DNA of 63,811 bases, filler included, from Phoronis australis (GCA_002633005.1; 5 parts of 5 records of this genome joined end to end with filler, not necessarily neighbours in it); one strand, 5' to 3'. Positions 1 to 12,981 are shown, counted from the whole stretch's first letter. Numbers and translations: made by a program. The notes: a model not told the origin generated them from the letters alone.

Positions 1-448
1 ATTTACGAAAACAGCCAAATAGCTTACCAAATGGGTATTACAGATATTACAGATATTGGTTGAATGATGAGTGCACTGTTTTTGGTCATCTCAAGTCAAA
101 TTCTGTTATAAAGTTTATTATATCAACTTCACTAGCTTTATATTCTGTACAATGAGTCATCAAAGCTGCAGTAACCAACAAATGAAAAATGCACAGATGA
201 TGTGTGGTTTATACATTGACAACAGGTGTCTCTGCTTCTCCATTTTAGACGCACATAGAAAAGCATGAAACAGGCGAAAAGTCAAACATTTTAAATGGGG
301 ATATTCTTGCGGCACATCATATTATTAAAACAATGACATTTATTTTGCTTTTGGTACTTTTAAAAAAAGATGAAGTACATGAAATTACAGCTCTGAAACA
401 CCAGTTTGGAGTTGAGCAAGGTCCATGTCCCTATATAACGTACAGAAT

Positions 449-624
449 GGCAGTGGCATGTGAGTCTATTGAAAGCAGACACTCTGGCAACCAAGCACCT
501 GCTAATGATTGACATGTCTACCAAATAGTTTGAATAGGCAGTGGCATGTGAGTCTATTGAAAGCAGACACTCTGGCAACCAAGCACGTGCTAATGATTGA
601 CAGGTCTACCAAATAGTTTGAAAA
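449..624. repeat. Tandem duplication, 2 x 88 bp
   Basis: GGCAGTGGCATGTGAGTCTATTGAAAGCAGACACTCTGG... starts at 449 and again at 537, nearly identical. Confidence 0.9.
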
Positions 625-3600
625 TAGTTTGAATATTGCAACATTTTAAATACTTTGTATATTTCTTTCTGAGTTGAAAGGGTCAATTTCCCGCTTTGAT
701 TAACTGGGAGTCTTAGTAATCTTTCAATGTGGGTGTCCAAACTGGAGAAATTCTGATTGACAGGGCGTCCAAATGATACATTGGGCGTCCTTGCCAGGGC
801 GTCAACATTAGTGCTAGGGCGTCCAAATGGACGCCCAGGACATACGCTGCATGAAGGCCTGGCTCCAAGTTGCGTATTCAAGATTCTAGGAGAGAGAACA
901 ATACCAGCGGTTAATGAAGGATTTCGGTTGAAGTACATACTCCGCCTGCCCAGGTACGTGCCTCATTTCACACCAGAGGTTTCAAAATTAAATCCTGAAT
1001 CAGAATCGTTTTGAATTTATGCTCCAGTTAAACCTTGACATTGACCAATCAGAAGCCATTGAATCCATTGCAATTCCGCAGATTAAGCAGTCCACAGAAA
1101 TTCCAAAAAAAAATAAGAAAAAGACTTTTGTTCATAATTTGGAAAAATGCCTTCCTCTCATCTGATGTTGTTAAACTGTAGTTTTTGCCCATGAAATTTA
1201 GGATTAATTAGGTCAAGGACAGGTGAATACCCAAGTAGCTGACCGTCCCATTTGGCAATAAATGGGGTTACTTGCCAAAAGTCACGCTTTGCCGTGAAAG
1301 ATTTAAAGCCACATGAAGCACCAGAGACCTCTTTTGGTTCCTCGATATTTGTGATGTTCTCAAAACATGATATAGGCCATCAACAGAATGGAGTTTGACG
1401 ACTGCTTCAACATGATTCGCTGATTCTTACTTGATTAATAGTGGCCATAAACCTGCCTAAAGGCCTGACAAAAATCATTTTTTGTGCTATTAAATTGGTT
1501 TCAACTAGTTCAGTAATAGATTTTTGGGCTATGATAGAAGTGACACTATGGTATGAGATACCAGGCTAACCTACCAAGCTTGATTTCAAGGAATAGACAT
1601 GGTTAGTTTTAGAAAAGCCTAAAACTTGTTCCTATACCAGTCAGAAACAAGTAAGACAGAACTAAAGTGGGTGGATATCTAAATCTGGTTTGTTTTTACT
1701 GAAGGGGGTTTAGTCACATTCAAGTTTAAAGATAATAAGTTCGACTTATCCTACTTAGTGATGCGCAGAATTTAAGTTTTGGCGTTAAATAGGTCACAAG
1801 AACCTATGAGGGGACATGCCTGGCAGTGGTCATTCAGACATCGATGTAAAATATCATACAACTCACATGTTTGTTACAATGAATGATGTAATGAAAATGC
1901 CAAACACTATTATAGGAATGAAAAATGAAGTACCTAAATTTTGTGATTGAAAAACACAGAGAGCAGCAAGTTCATTTGTTTTACANACAACCCCCCCTCC
2001 CGCAGGCAAATATTATCCAGAAAGAGCTGCTCTTTTTATGTAAGGTTCGAGTCAGTGTAAACATGCAGTGATCGCATCATTTGGATTATGTTTGTTTTAA
2101 GCTAAAACCATAATCAATCATTTTTAATCAATTCAAACATACAAAAACTAAAGCTCAGACTGCTCACAATCATACAGTGATTTTCATGAATATACAAAAC
2201 ATGCATTTTTCGGTAGTTGTCATTAACACGAATCCTGCATTTTGAAAACCATTTTTTTTTCTAATGAATTAAGCAGGCATCAAACTGGTTCTCTAAATCT
2301 GGACCCCTGTAACTGACTAAATGACCCATTTTTCCAACCTCTCTTTCTTAACTGTACAGAAATATCGACAATAATTAGTCCGAATTGAGATCTCTCATCA
2401 ATTTTGCACTTGCAGCTGAGGAGAGGAACTGACAGAAAGAGAGTTCAAGCGTGTTACTATAAATGTGACGTATTTAAAATGTCACATGACACATATTGTC
2501 AGTGTCAGCTGACCAGAAGTTACAAGTAAAACTTATTGATTCAGACACGTCAGCAAACTGAATATCTCAAAACTTTTTAATGCAACTGACACGGCATGAT
2601 CGCTGTCTTTTGATGAATTCAGGAAATAACATCAAATTAAGCCAAAAATAAAAAAAAATGAAAATGAAACTATTAACAGCTGTTTTGCAGGTCTATAGTA
2701 CCGTACATCCATTATATATCATTCCCCTGGACTGTTAAAACCAAGAAATTTCCAACATCACCATCTGATCTTAGTATCACTTTCTATTAAACTAAACAAA
2801 CAAGCCTATTGTGTTGGTGCACAATGCTGGGATAGTAAGCAGGTCAGAGCTTACACTCACACAAAGGAATCAGCAGGTAAAAGTTAAGTCTAATTTCTCC
2901 GAAAGTTAACCGTTTTTCTCCGTTCGAAGTTTTTTGGTGACAATAATTCATACAAAACACATCTTCTTCACGACATTTTGCTGAACGTCATCAGGAAATA
3001 GTATTTTTAAATATCGGTTAGAGTCGGATACACAGTTTAAAAGATCAGATAAACGCAGACAATGAGAGAGCTGCACTATGTAAACACTGGTTTGCCAACT
3101 TTCTCCACTAGCTATTGCTGTCATACTGATAAGGACACTAGTGCATCCTGACTAATAGCCAATCAGTGACATAGTGATTATCATCCCATAGCACAGGTGC
3201 GTAACAAAACTTAACAACTTTTTTAACATTCATTGAAGTACAAGTAAACAAAATGAAGTTCTCCACAAAATTAGATACAGTCAAAAATAATTCTAAATGC
3301 ACAACTGAATACAGTACGATCTATGGACACAATATCATAATCTTGTCCTATAGATTTAAAAATATAAGATGTGTCTTCTCAGTAGAAGAAAAACAGGCAC
3401 CAAATTCACTGTTTGTTTGAGTTAACTTCCAAGCTGAAACTTACTAAAACCAAAGTCTGACATGTCCATGCTTACACTGGTAACCACTCAGATTCCCTCA
3501 GCCCCAGACAACTTTTATGGTGTCTATTCAGCACGCCCTTTGTATTGATGTAGATCTGAGCTAATGAAGTAAAAGTAATAGCTAGCACTACTGTCTCAAC

Positions 3601-5471
3601 AATGATGGTTGTTATAACACCCAAATTGGTTTTCTCTTGTACAGCCTGCAACTGAGAAGAGTAGTTTTAACTTGGTACATTTTAAATATTACAAAATGAA
3701 TAAAAAAGTTAATTTGTGTTTATCTTGACAAAGGTCCACTTCCCAAAGGAACGATGGTTTTAAATGTGTTTCATATCAGCTTTCGTTATTTCAATACTCC
3801 TGTCAACTTTTTTTAGCAGGAAAAGGTTGATATCTTTTTATTTTATTTTTCAACTTGAAGTACCAAAACAGTGGTAGATTTTGATGGCCAGCGAAACTTA
3901 AGTTAATTGTGAACTCATCCCTGAATTTTCCACTTTACAGCTACACTAAACATTTCACGGCAAACAAAACTTCACGTGTCATTAGTATTAGAACTCGAAT
4001 AATAAAATATATACGAAAGTGCAAATATGGTGATAGTCAAACTAAAGAATTGGAATTTTTGGACAACTTCAGTTGCACTGACTTCATAACTATTCTAACT
4101 TTTTGTCAGTCATAAACAAAGAAGGGTGGGCATAAGTTAAGTACAACTGTTTCCTAGTAAAAAATCTGGTTAAACAAGACTGAAATATTAAAAGAATAAT
4201 CCATGTGATATTGTTAACTCTGATGAGCGCCAGTTTGTAAATCCGCCGAGTATATTAATACGCACGGTCGTTTATCTTGAATAGGACCCAATGTTTGTAG
4301 TTTTAAGCTTATTAGTTCATCGATTTTAAAAAATCGAAAACCTTACTTGGTTGTTTTTTCCAGCTGAATACTGCTGTGGTGATCATTTTTAATGAAAATT
4401 ATTGGTAAATGCATTTTGAAAATTCGCCAGTATGTACAGGCAGAGATGTTTACTACAGTTTATGGTCAGGCAATTACACTTAAGTGGGACTTGCTCGCAC
4501 CAAACAATTCGGTCCTCACAACCGTATCGGACTCCAGCGCCGCGCTCTCTTTGATCCTGGTACTAGCTGCTCAGAAGGACGAGTGGTGAAAATTCCCGCA
4601 TATCTTTAGAAATGCGTGACTTCCTTGTAAGCGCATTATTCATGGTATGATGATGCTCCAGTTATTGAGTAACTTTAAAATGAGGTGTTTTGTTTGAATA
4701 CAAACTCGGAAGAATACGTGAATCATTAATTAATTATTGTCCGATGAATGAGATTGCCAATAGTTGAAAAAAAACCAATAAAGGTTGGCTAAAATTTACA
4801 TTGTTATATCGTGATTTGCTTTAGTTTGGAGCAAATATTTTTCAAAGTGAGCATGACTATTTGAGTAAACTTGCCAAATGCTAATATATATTCCAAGGTC
4901 ACGTATATGCGAACTCGAGATTAAACAAAATTCCAAGATGAAGCCCCACAGCACAGCACCATGGCAAGCACCAAGGCTCAGCATGGGGGGTGGTAGTGGG
5001 TAAACCAACAGGGTTGGAAGTCCACATATTGAAAGTCAAAAATTTAGTCATAAATATCACTCTAGAATTGCATGTCAATTATTTAGATAGTGCGTCTTGA
5101 CTGGCCACTCAAAGGAAGTGTTTCGGCGAATTATGCCTCAGCTCACAAACTGATTAAAACATCAAAGTCACGTTGCTATAAATAAGTTTTGCGCACATAG
5201 AGACACCTTAGGAGGCCATCAGATGTCTTTAACTCGTTTGAACTCCATTAAATAATCCCATATTCAAACTCTCTTTTGGAGCATGTTCTGCGTTCAGTTG
5301 CACAAATCGCCAAAATGACACACTACGGCGCCAGGAGACATGACGTCATATCTATAGTACTAAAACACTTGACAACTATGTCTCCCATTTTTTGTTTTGT
5401 GCCAAATTCATAAATTTGAGAAAAAAAAAGTTTCGATGGCCCTTCAGCTACATGTTTGAGCTGAGTATTTG

Positions 5472-6950
5472 TAGGGAGGACAATCAAAAAGTAGGTCACG
5501 GTGCTCCATATCTGCCTCCGTGTAAAACCCACGTCGGTAAATTACCCGATTTCAGACTTCAAAGTTAACTATAAGACAATTTTGTGTTATAAATCGTTAC
5601 CTTAGTCTTTATTTGTAAGTTTGTAATCTTTTTGTCTCAAATTATCGCTGATAAATCATTTTTTGTAAGCTTTTTTTAGCGCACGATTTTCCGCCATGCG
5701 ATCAACTTTCGAAAAAGTACCTCTTGTTCCTCCTATCCAAAAGAGCACTATACTCTCAAATACAAACATGAAATTTGGACAGGATGTAGTTTAGATGCGT
5801 GCGCATCTCCTCAAGTTGTTTTCTCGAAGTCAAGGCCAAGTTTTCATGGCGAGTTTTCGATCGTCCGGAAGGCCTAATTTTGGTCGATCGGGAGATTGAT
5901 GTTTTTCCAGTTGCACAATATGCCCCCCCGATTTTTAGATGAGGAATTTATCACTCTTTTAATTGGTAATTATTTCATTTTCAGAAATTCTGTCAAACTG
6001 CTGCGCATTGGCACTTTTCAAACAGCAGTCGTTAGTTCACTAAGTCGCCGCATGTCAGCGCCACCAGCGGCTACGTTGAAGTTCAATGGCATCGCAACTT
6101 CACCGTTCGAAATAAAGTTGTTACAAAGTTTTTGTTGCATAAATGATGAAATTCTTCATGTTAAGGGTGATTTGTCTTCCCAAATGGTCTTTTGTCTACT
6201 TTCTGATGTTTTTTGCCATGATACGATCTAATAGTACATGGGTGGCACCCAACACTGAAAAAAGTGGGGGACTATAGCCTCCCCCAGCCCCCTGTCACTG
6301 TCAGGCAATGATGTGTTGCCCATGTAGTAGTATTCAGGGGCAGATCTAGGATTTTTAGATAGGAGGGGGGTGCAGGGCAGAGTATTACGCAGGATTTTAC
6401 CCGTAAGATATTTGCACCCTCAAACTGCCAAATGAAATATGGCAGTTTTAGGGGGGCCACGGGCCAGGCCCCCTTGCCCCCCCCAAATCCACCAATGTGA
6501 TCTTGTGATTTGATGTGAAATTTCCTCCTAGCTCAGATGTATTTATTTCTGAGCTGATGTGGTGTCTTTGCTCTTTACTTTTTGAGTTGTGTAATCCATT
6601 GTTTTCATCAAACATGATGAGCCTGTTCTATATGCTACAACAACAACTTAAACAGCAATATCTCTGTAGAAATCGATCCAAATTTTATATACTACATACC
6701 ACCATGTTTGTCTCAATGAGACGAATCTTTTTATATGCAGCACATGTATATTCTTTAATTTTTTACGAAATTATGTAAAAAGGCAGATATTTTACGCATA
6801 ATCCTCGTGTTTCATCAGCCATTTTCTCGTCAACCGCTCATCCAATTTTTCTGATTTTTGCACCATTTCATTTCTCACACCAAGGGCTTTTCAAAAATGT
6901 ATGACACATGGGTATTGTAAAAAAAATAAAAAAAAACGTTGTCCTCCCTA
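5472..6950. mobile_element. Non-autonomous TIR DNA transposon (hAT-like termini), 7-bp TSD, with nested MITEs
   Basis: Perfect 12-bp TIR TAGGGAGGACAA (5472) / TTGTCCTCCCTA (6939-6950). GTATTTG flanks both sides (5465-5471, 6951-6957). No transposase ORF. Confidence 0.8.
6335..6497. mobile_element. Short GC-rich MITE of the CAGGGGCGGATC...GATCCGCCCCTG type
   Basis: CAGGGGCAGATCTAGGATTTT start and CCCCCCAAATCCACCAATG end. Related copies at ~15900-16060 and 22929-23052. Confidence 0.55.
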
Positions 6951-7554
6951 GTATTTGGCTAAAGCCATAGCACTTGGGTAGGATGGAGGGGTGGGATTTT
7001 TTCAAGTCCACTGAAGTCCAACAATAACACCCTACGCAAAACATACATTTAACACAAAAACATCATTGCGTTTAGAACAGAAACACAGCATTTAAATACT
7101 ATTAAAGAAATCCAAATACACAAACCTAGATCTAAATGCAGTTCTAAATAAAGATGACACTTGCGAGATCGACGAAGTAAACATTTCACGGGGATGACAT
7201 CTTTACAGTGCATTGTGGGAGTTCATTTTTATACCAGTCCCGTTATTGGTTACTTTTTCATAATTTTGACAAATGAAAATCTTTGTTACTAACCTGTTAC
7301 GCCGAACGACACGTTGTCTTCCTGTGTAAAATAAAACTAGCAGATGTTTTGTTGTCAGAATACTTCCTAACCACGTCTATACCTAATCAAAGTTTGAGAA
7401 AAGTCCGACACTTGAACAGGTAGGAAGGGAAAAGGTTTGATTACGCTTCGGAACTTCGATGTGAAACTTAGTGCAGCCTACATTGTCATAGTTGTCGGCA
7501 GGGTCGGTGCCGAACTCCGAAGCCAGTTTAGCGTCGTTATATCACGGCAGAACA

Positions 7555-7966
7555 TAGGCAATGACCATCGCCTCTGTTGGCCCGAACCAGAGGCGATGCA
7601 GCTCCTATAGGCGCTCCATACGCCAGAAGCTTTTCGGCAAATTATGCCTCGCACCGACTAAACCATCAAAGTCACGTTGAACATTATAAATACCTTTTGC
7701 GCTTAGAGGAACACTTGGCTTAGGAGGTTGTCGATGTGTTTAATTCCTTCCAACTCGAACAAATACTCCCGTTATCAAGCTTTTCCTTCGAGCAGTCCCT
7801 ATTTCAGTTCCCAAACGATTTAAGGTGTTCCTCTATGCGCAAAAGGTATTTATGATGGTTTAGTCGGTGCGAGGCATAATTCGCCGAAAAGCTTCCGGCG
7901 TATGGAGCGCCTATAGGAGCTGCATCGCCTCTGGTTTGGGCCAACAGAGGCGATGGTCATTTCCTA
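7555..7966. mobile_element. Fold-back MITE with ~150-bp TIRs and 9-bp TSD (Mutator-like geometry)
   Basis: TAGGCAATGACCATCGCCTCTG... / ...CAGAGGCGATGGTCATTTCCTA. GGCAGAACA at 7546-7554 and 7967-7975. Confidence 0.9.
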
Positions 7967-9321
7967 GGCAGAACAAGGACCGTCGTGTCCTGTGAGTAAT
8001 AATAGTCCTAGGTAAATCTAAGCACGTATTTTGATTGGCGGTCTTACTCTGTACCTAAAAGTAAAACGATGTATGACATACTGTAATACTGCTGTCCAGG
8101 CACTGTACTATCATCCCTAAAACGCGCAGATCAACATAACGCGCAGAACATGCGTATAGTCCGGATACCTATCGTCGTCAGGCTCCAAAGGTCGTCCGCC
8201 ATCTTCTTTCGCGTGCAGCGCAGCCACGCGGGACTTAGCGTTCCAATTTGGAGTGCTCGTCTGCACGTTAGGTACTAACCTCTCGGGAGAAACATGCATG
8301 GAAGAACTGAGACTAAAATTAATGTATTCACCGACTGTTTTTTTGAGACCACTTAAAAACTTGCAGATTTTACTGATGCACTTTTTTGTTTATTTTCAGA
8401 AGATATTTTTGAAATTAAATTGTCTTCAGCCTGAACAAAAAACAACTCAGGGATTGTTTATGCAATGTATCTATTTGTCCCAGCACTAACTGACACCTGT
8501 TAGGCCAAAGGAAAAATGCAGCAGACAAAGGCAACACGCTGGGTGCTTAACAGTTTCGGCCCAACGCCTTGGCCTCCAAAATGTTGTCCACTTGTTTTTT
8601 ATTGCAAAATGAAGTACTGAGCTCAACATTTATGTTGAAATTTTTGGTTAAAGCATTTTGAATTTATTTGAAGAAAATTAAAATACTTGAATTGATAGAG
8701 AATGGCCGCCAATAAAGTAAACCATTGACTTTATTTCACTATATTGCATTGTTACATAAAACACAGCTTGACATAATCAAAAATAAAAGAAGAGATTGAG
8801 CAATAACATGCAAATACAACTTGGGTATTTATTTTATAATATTTATTTATGACTGCAGAAGCCTGTTAAAGGTGAGAAAAAATCAAACAATACGATATTG
8901 GGTAATTTATCAGAATAACTGTATCAAGGTTCAATGATCAACTTGCACCGACAAAGTCTCAAGGGTTACAGTTCTGTTTTGGCTGACAAGGTGTTAACAG
9001 AGAATGAAGAAAACCTGAAAAGAAAAAGAAAGACAGCAGTGATAAGTGGTGTTAAGAACAACAAGAGCAAAAAGTCAAATGAAGAAGACACAAATAGAAA
9101 ATAAGTAAGGTCTATCTGGAATAAAGCAATTGCGATTTATTTTCCAGAACTGAAATTCTAAATCAATTTTAATCGATTTAAAAATCGATATCATACTAGT
9201 AAAACAGTTTGTGGTTGTAGTAGAATTGCTGTAAACCACTTTCCACTATTTTCTTGGCCTTTTTCTGTGTGGTTTTCTGTTCTTTCAAAAGGCGGCAGCA
9301 TATGACGACCATAGGAGTCAT

Positions 9322-9464
9322 TATAAAATGGCTGCCGAAAAGCAATGCACAGTTCAAACAACTCGGCATAAATAAATGAAAACTTTTGAATCAACTACTA
9401 CTATGGATTTGTGGGAGTCAAATCAAGTTCTATGCAGAGCATAACTTTGAAGTAGAATAATTGG
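9322..9464 (+). promoter_or_regulatory. Putative TATA box, initiator and non-coding first exon
   Basis: TATAAAA at 9322, CAGTT about 28 nt downstream, strong donor GG|GTGAGT at 9464/9465, upstream of the signal-peptide exon. Confidence 0.45.
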
Positions 9465-9706
9465 GTGAGTACGACAACAAGTCGGTTTTATGCTTAGGCG
9501 GACGACCTTTGGGTTCCCGAGTATACTGCGTCTACAATTAACAATATGTTCGGTCGGATCTTATTCTTAATCTATAAAATAGTAAATACGTTGGCTTTAA
9601 TGTACGGTTAATCGGGACTTAAGCCTTGTTGCTAATAACTAATGAAGCTGTTACAAAACTTTGACTTTCATACTCTATTTTAGCTGTAACTAGAAAGCCC
9701 GCAGTG

Positions 9707-9814
9707 ATGGTTTGTTACTGGCGTCTCATTACACTGTGCATGGCACTGCTTCCTGTGGTGTTGTCGGCACCAGTGAAGCCAAACGCAAAAGACGGTCCTG
9801 AAGAAAAGCGAGAG
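9707..9814 (+). CDS. First coding exon of a putative secreted peptide precursor (MVCYWRLITLCMALLPVVLSAPVKPNAKDGPEEKRE)
   Basis: Acceptor TATTTTAG| at 9683, ATG at 9707, hydrophobic signal-like stretch ending VLS-AP, KR dibasic site, donor GAG|GTAACA. Below the ORF-track size cut-off; later exons not found. Confidence 0.6.
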
Positions 9815-9834
9815 GTAACACATGCTCTGATGTG

Positions 9835-10282
9835 AATGTTGATCCCATGCAGGAGCATCTTCCTGAATGTTGAACCCATCCAGGATCAACTTCCTGAATG
9901 TTGAACCCATGTGGGATCACCTTCCTGAATGTTGAACCCATGCGGGATCATCTTCCTGAATGTTGAACCCATGCGGGATCATCTTCCTGAATGTTGAACC
10001 CATGCCGGATCATCTTCCTGAATGTTGAATTCATGCGGGATCATCTTCCTGAATGTTGAACCCATGCCGGATCATCCTCCTGAATGTTGAACCCATGCGG
10101 GATCATCTTCCTGAATGTTGAACCCATGCGGGATCATCTTCCTGAATGTTGAACCCATGCAGGATCATCTTCCTGAATGTTGAACCCATGCAGGAGCATC
10201 TTATTGAATGTTAAACCCATGCGGAATCATCTTCCTGAATGTTGAAACCATGCAGGATCATCTTCCTGAATGTTGAAACCAT
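9835..10282. repeat. 31-bp minisatellite, ~14-15 copies
   Basis: Unit TGTTGAACCCATGCGGGATCATCTTCCTGAA repeated head-to-tail with point variants. Confidence 0.95.
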
Positions 10283-11218
10283 GCAGGAGCATCGTCCTGA
10301 ATGCTATGACATCAGCAGTGAGAAGCCTATATGCTGGAAAATTTTCTGCGAATTAAGCTTAACTCTGGATAAATTTTTATGTTACTACACATACATTTCG
10401 AGTGTAAATGGAAACCTATGAGGCAGTTGGGATCTTTAAATCCATCTAGCCGTGTCAAATACTCTTGCAATCAACATTTTTTTCGAATAGTCCCCGAAAT
10501 TAAAACTAAGTTAAATGCCTTACGGCCAGTGTGCTCGAGATCAAATGAAAATGTACGGGAAGGTTATGTGGAGATCACCTGCCATTTTGAGAGGTGGCAA
10601 CACAAACAGGGCAACTGTCTAGGCCTTCAGCAGATGAAGAAGGTTTGTGGTGAACAATATTGACTGGAAAGATGTTGGTTGTCTATGGATCTGCAAAGAC
10701 ATACGTTGACATGGTTATGTTGAATTTTCCACTAATGTACAGTAATTGCCAAATCGTCATTTTTCCATTTTTCATGTGGCGCACTGTTGATTATCATAAA
10801 TTTTGTAAGCGAAGTGAGTTTCAGGAAATGTTCTATGACAGCTAAACATTGCATGCACACCTGTGAAAGACTGAAGTGTTCTTACTTTTGTTGAGAAATT
10901 TAACAAAATAGAAATTCAATTGTCAGCCAACTTTCGATTTCGATGAATGTCTTGTACCATGTCATGCCAAAAATAATCGGACAAAAGACAGTTGTGCAGC
11001 CATTATGATGAGGAATTCCACTTGTGGTCAGCCATATTGGTGGGGGATACCAGGTCATTCACTTGTCTGGTTGTTTTTTGGCATGTACTCTATGTTGGGT
11101 AGGGGTAAATTACTCTTAATAACGGGCATCTAGCTGGTTTTTGAAATGTGGTACCCCAAAAGTGACCATTGCTATAAGTTTTGTTGTCGAGTCAAATACA
11201 AGTTGTTCGTAAAACTAA

Positions 11219-11318
11219 NNNNNNNNNNNNNNNNNNNNNNNNNNNNNNNNNNNNNNNNNNNNTTAATTAATTAANNNNNNNNNNNNNNNNNNNNNNNNNN
11301 NNNNNNNNNNNNNNNNNN
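11219..11318. other. Artificial 100-nt contig spacer (N44-TTAATTAATTAA-N44)
   Basis: Identical spacer at 34097-34196, 59521-59620 and 61671-61770. The 12-mer gives stops in all six frames. Confidence 0.95.
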
Positions 11319-11420
11319 ATACCGCGAATTTGCCCCGAGAAGCCAACAGAGCGGCGCGGTGTTCAGGGAGTCCGCCCCCTGATCCAAACATGTCAATAAC
11401 ACAAGGGAATTTACCGTCAC
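11319..11420 (-). CDS. ACOT/BAAT-family acyl-CoA thioesterase, internal exon truncated by the spacer
   Basis: TTTTGTAG| acceptor. Translates GDGKFPCVIDMFGSGGGLPEHRAALLASRGKFAV, matching the family motif GPFPGVIDMFGxGGGLxExRAxLLAxxGF. Confidence 0.9.
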
Positions 11421-12589
11421 CTACAAAAGAAGAATTCCAGGATGGAAAAGTCGTTAATAACTGTTAATATGTCAAATGGTGTTAATAGGTCAAATTGTGT
11501 TAATAGGTCAAATTGTGTCCAGTAGCATTTAAGGCCTGGGCCACCTTCATTACCAAGGATTGATTAGAATTTCTAAAAAATGATTGAAGTGTTAAGTGTA
11601 GAGCCGTAAAATTATCTATTTTTTAAAATCCTTGAGGATCAAAGAATCTTCTCAGTGTAGCTGAAATGCAATGACCAGATATTTGTAATCATGTAGTTGC
11701 ATCTGGAATTTTGTTTTAAGGTAATTTAGCCAGACTCACATGATTTTTCCAAACAAACAATGACATCTTCATTTTTGACAGCAGAGTTCTTGGGCAAAAA
11801 GCCATAAAAGAAAATCCCAGAGACTGTTATGCACTAGCTAATTTGCTAATTTGCTAAGTTTCATCTAAAATAAAACTTTTTTATGGAAACTACAGCTATC
11901 CCTAAGTAAAGATTTGTCATCTCAGCGTTGTTTTCGTGTACAATGAGATTCTGTGATGACCGAAGATTTAAAAATATACAGTTTTATGGGTGTGCAGTTA
12001 ATACTTAAATAGTTGATCTTAAAATTCAACCTGTCAAAATTAAGATAGCCCAAAAGATACTTTTCCTTTTTTTCACAAGTTAAAAACACAAGGCATTGAC
12101 CCCGCCAGGTCGCCTGGATAAGGCACCTGATTGGTTCTCCATGACCACCTCCTGCTTATAAACCAATCATATGTCTTAGCTGGATGATCCGGGCAATGAG
12201 TTTTCACCGATCGAAAGTTAGGACTAAAACTGTACAGGAATATTGGAAAATAACAACATGGTAAATACTTGAGTTTTTGCTACAAACTTTTTAACTTTGA
12301 AAAATATGGGTGACAGATCAATCACATGCAGTTATTTTAAGGTGCATCATGAGAAATTCACAACGAAATGTTTATTAATTTAATAAATTCTTTTGTCTAG
12401 GAAACATTGCTGTAGTGTTGAATGAGCATTAGGTGACCAAACTGGGTTTTGTTAAAAATGTTTTATGAAACCTTGAACAAATAAGTGAAGTCGTATCAAA
12501 AGGCGATCATCAAAGGGCTATCCCTTGAGAAATGTACTTAATATGCAACCAATGGTGATGGAGATTACTTTCTACAACAAAACCAATAC

Positions 12590-12868
12590 CTTTGGGCAAG
12601 AACAGCCGCCCTCGTATATTTCCAGCTCTAACAGGTATTCTGTCAACTGCACTGGGTTTCAGGTACCACCTCTGAATTTGGCACTCAGCTAAACTTTTCA
12701 GCGACTGAGACTCGTAGTTTGAACATAGCACATCCCAGTCTTGCCAACCATCGTATGTGTTGATGTTTAAATAGAATGGAGTTGTGACGTCTTTTTTAAG
12801 CAACCGTGTGCCAGGTCGCTGATTGGGCTCGAGTTTCAAACTCCATAACAAACCGACGCCGTCAATAC
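12590..12868 (-). CDS. ACOT/BAAT-family acyl-CoA thioesterase, internal exon
   Basis: 279-nt phase 1-1 exon (TTGGCAG| ... G|GTATTG): GIDGVGLLWSLK...RLLKKDVTTPF...QRWYL...RIPVRAGNIRGRLFLPKG. Confidence 0.9.
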
Positions 12869-12981
12869 CTGCCAATAACAAAACAAGTGATCTTGAGTCA
12901 CTGTCCGACATTTCAAAAAAATGACATCCACCTGTCATCCACCAAGTCTATTCAAAATTGTTTTATGGCGTTATTCATACA

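Noticed and set aside
606-1014. Overlapping ORFs with GRP repeats
   Set aside because: They arise from repeated and palindromic GGGCGTCC words of a probable MITE end. Exon-like signals at 890-995 are ambiguous on both strands.
8920-9105. Lys-rich open stretch (…ENEENLKRKRK…)
   Set aside because: A-rich composition, no splice context and no homology recognised.
9835-10282. CRISPR-like array (31-bp repeats)
   Set aside because: Units are head-to-tail with no unique spacers and no cas genes, in a eukaryotic context.
11263-11274. TTAATTAATTAA as a biological motif
   Set aside because: It is centred in identical N-runs four times, so it is an assembly linker.
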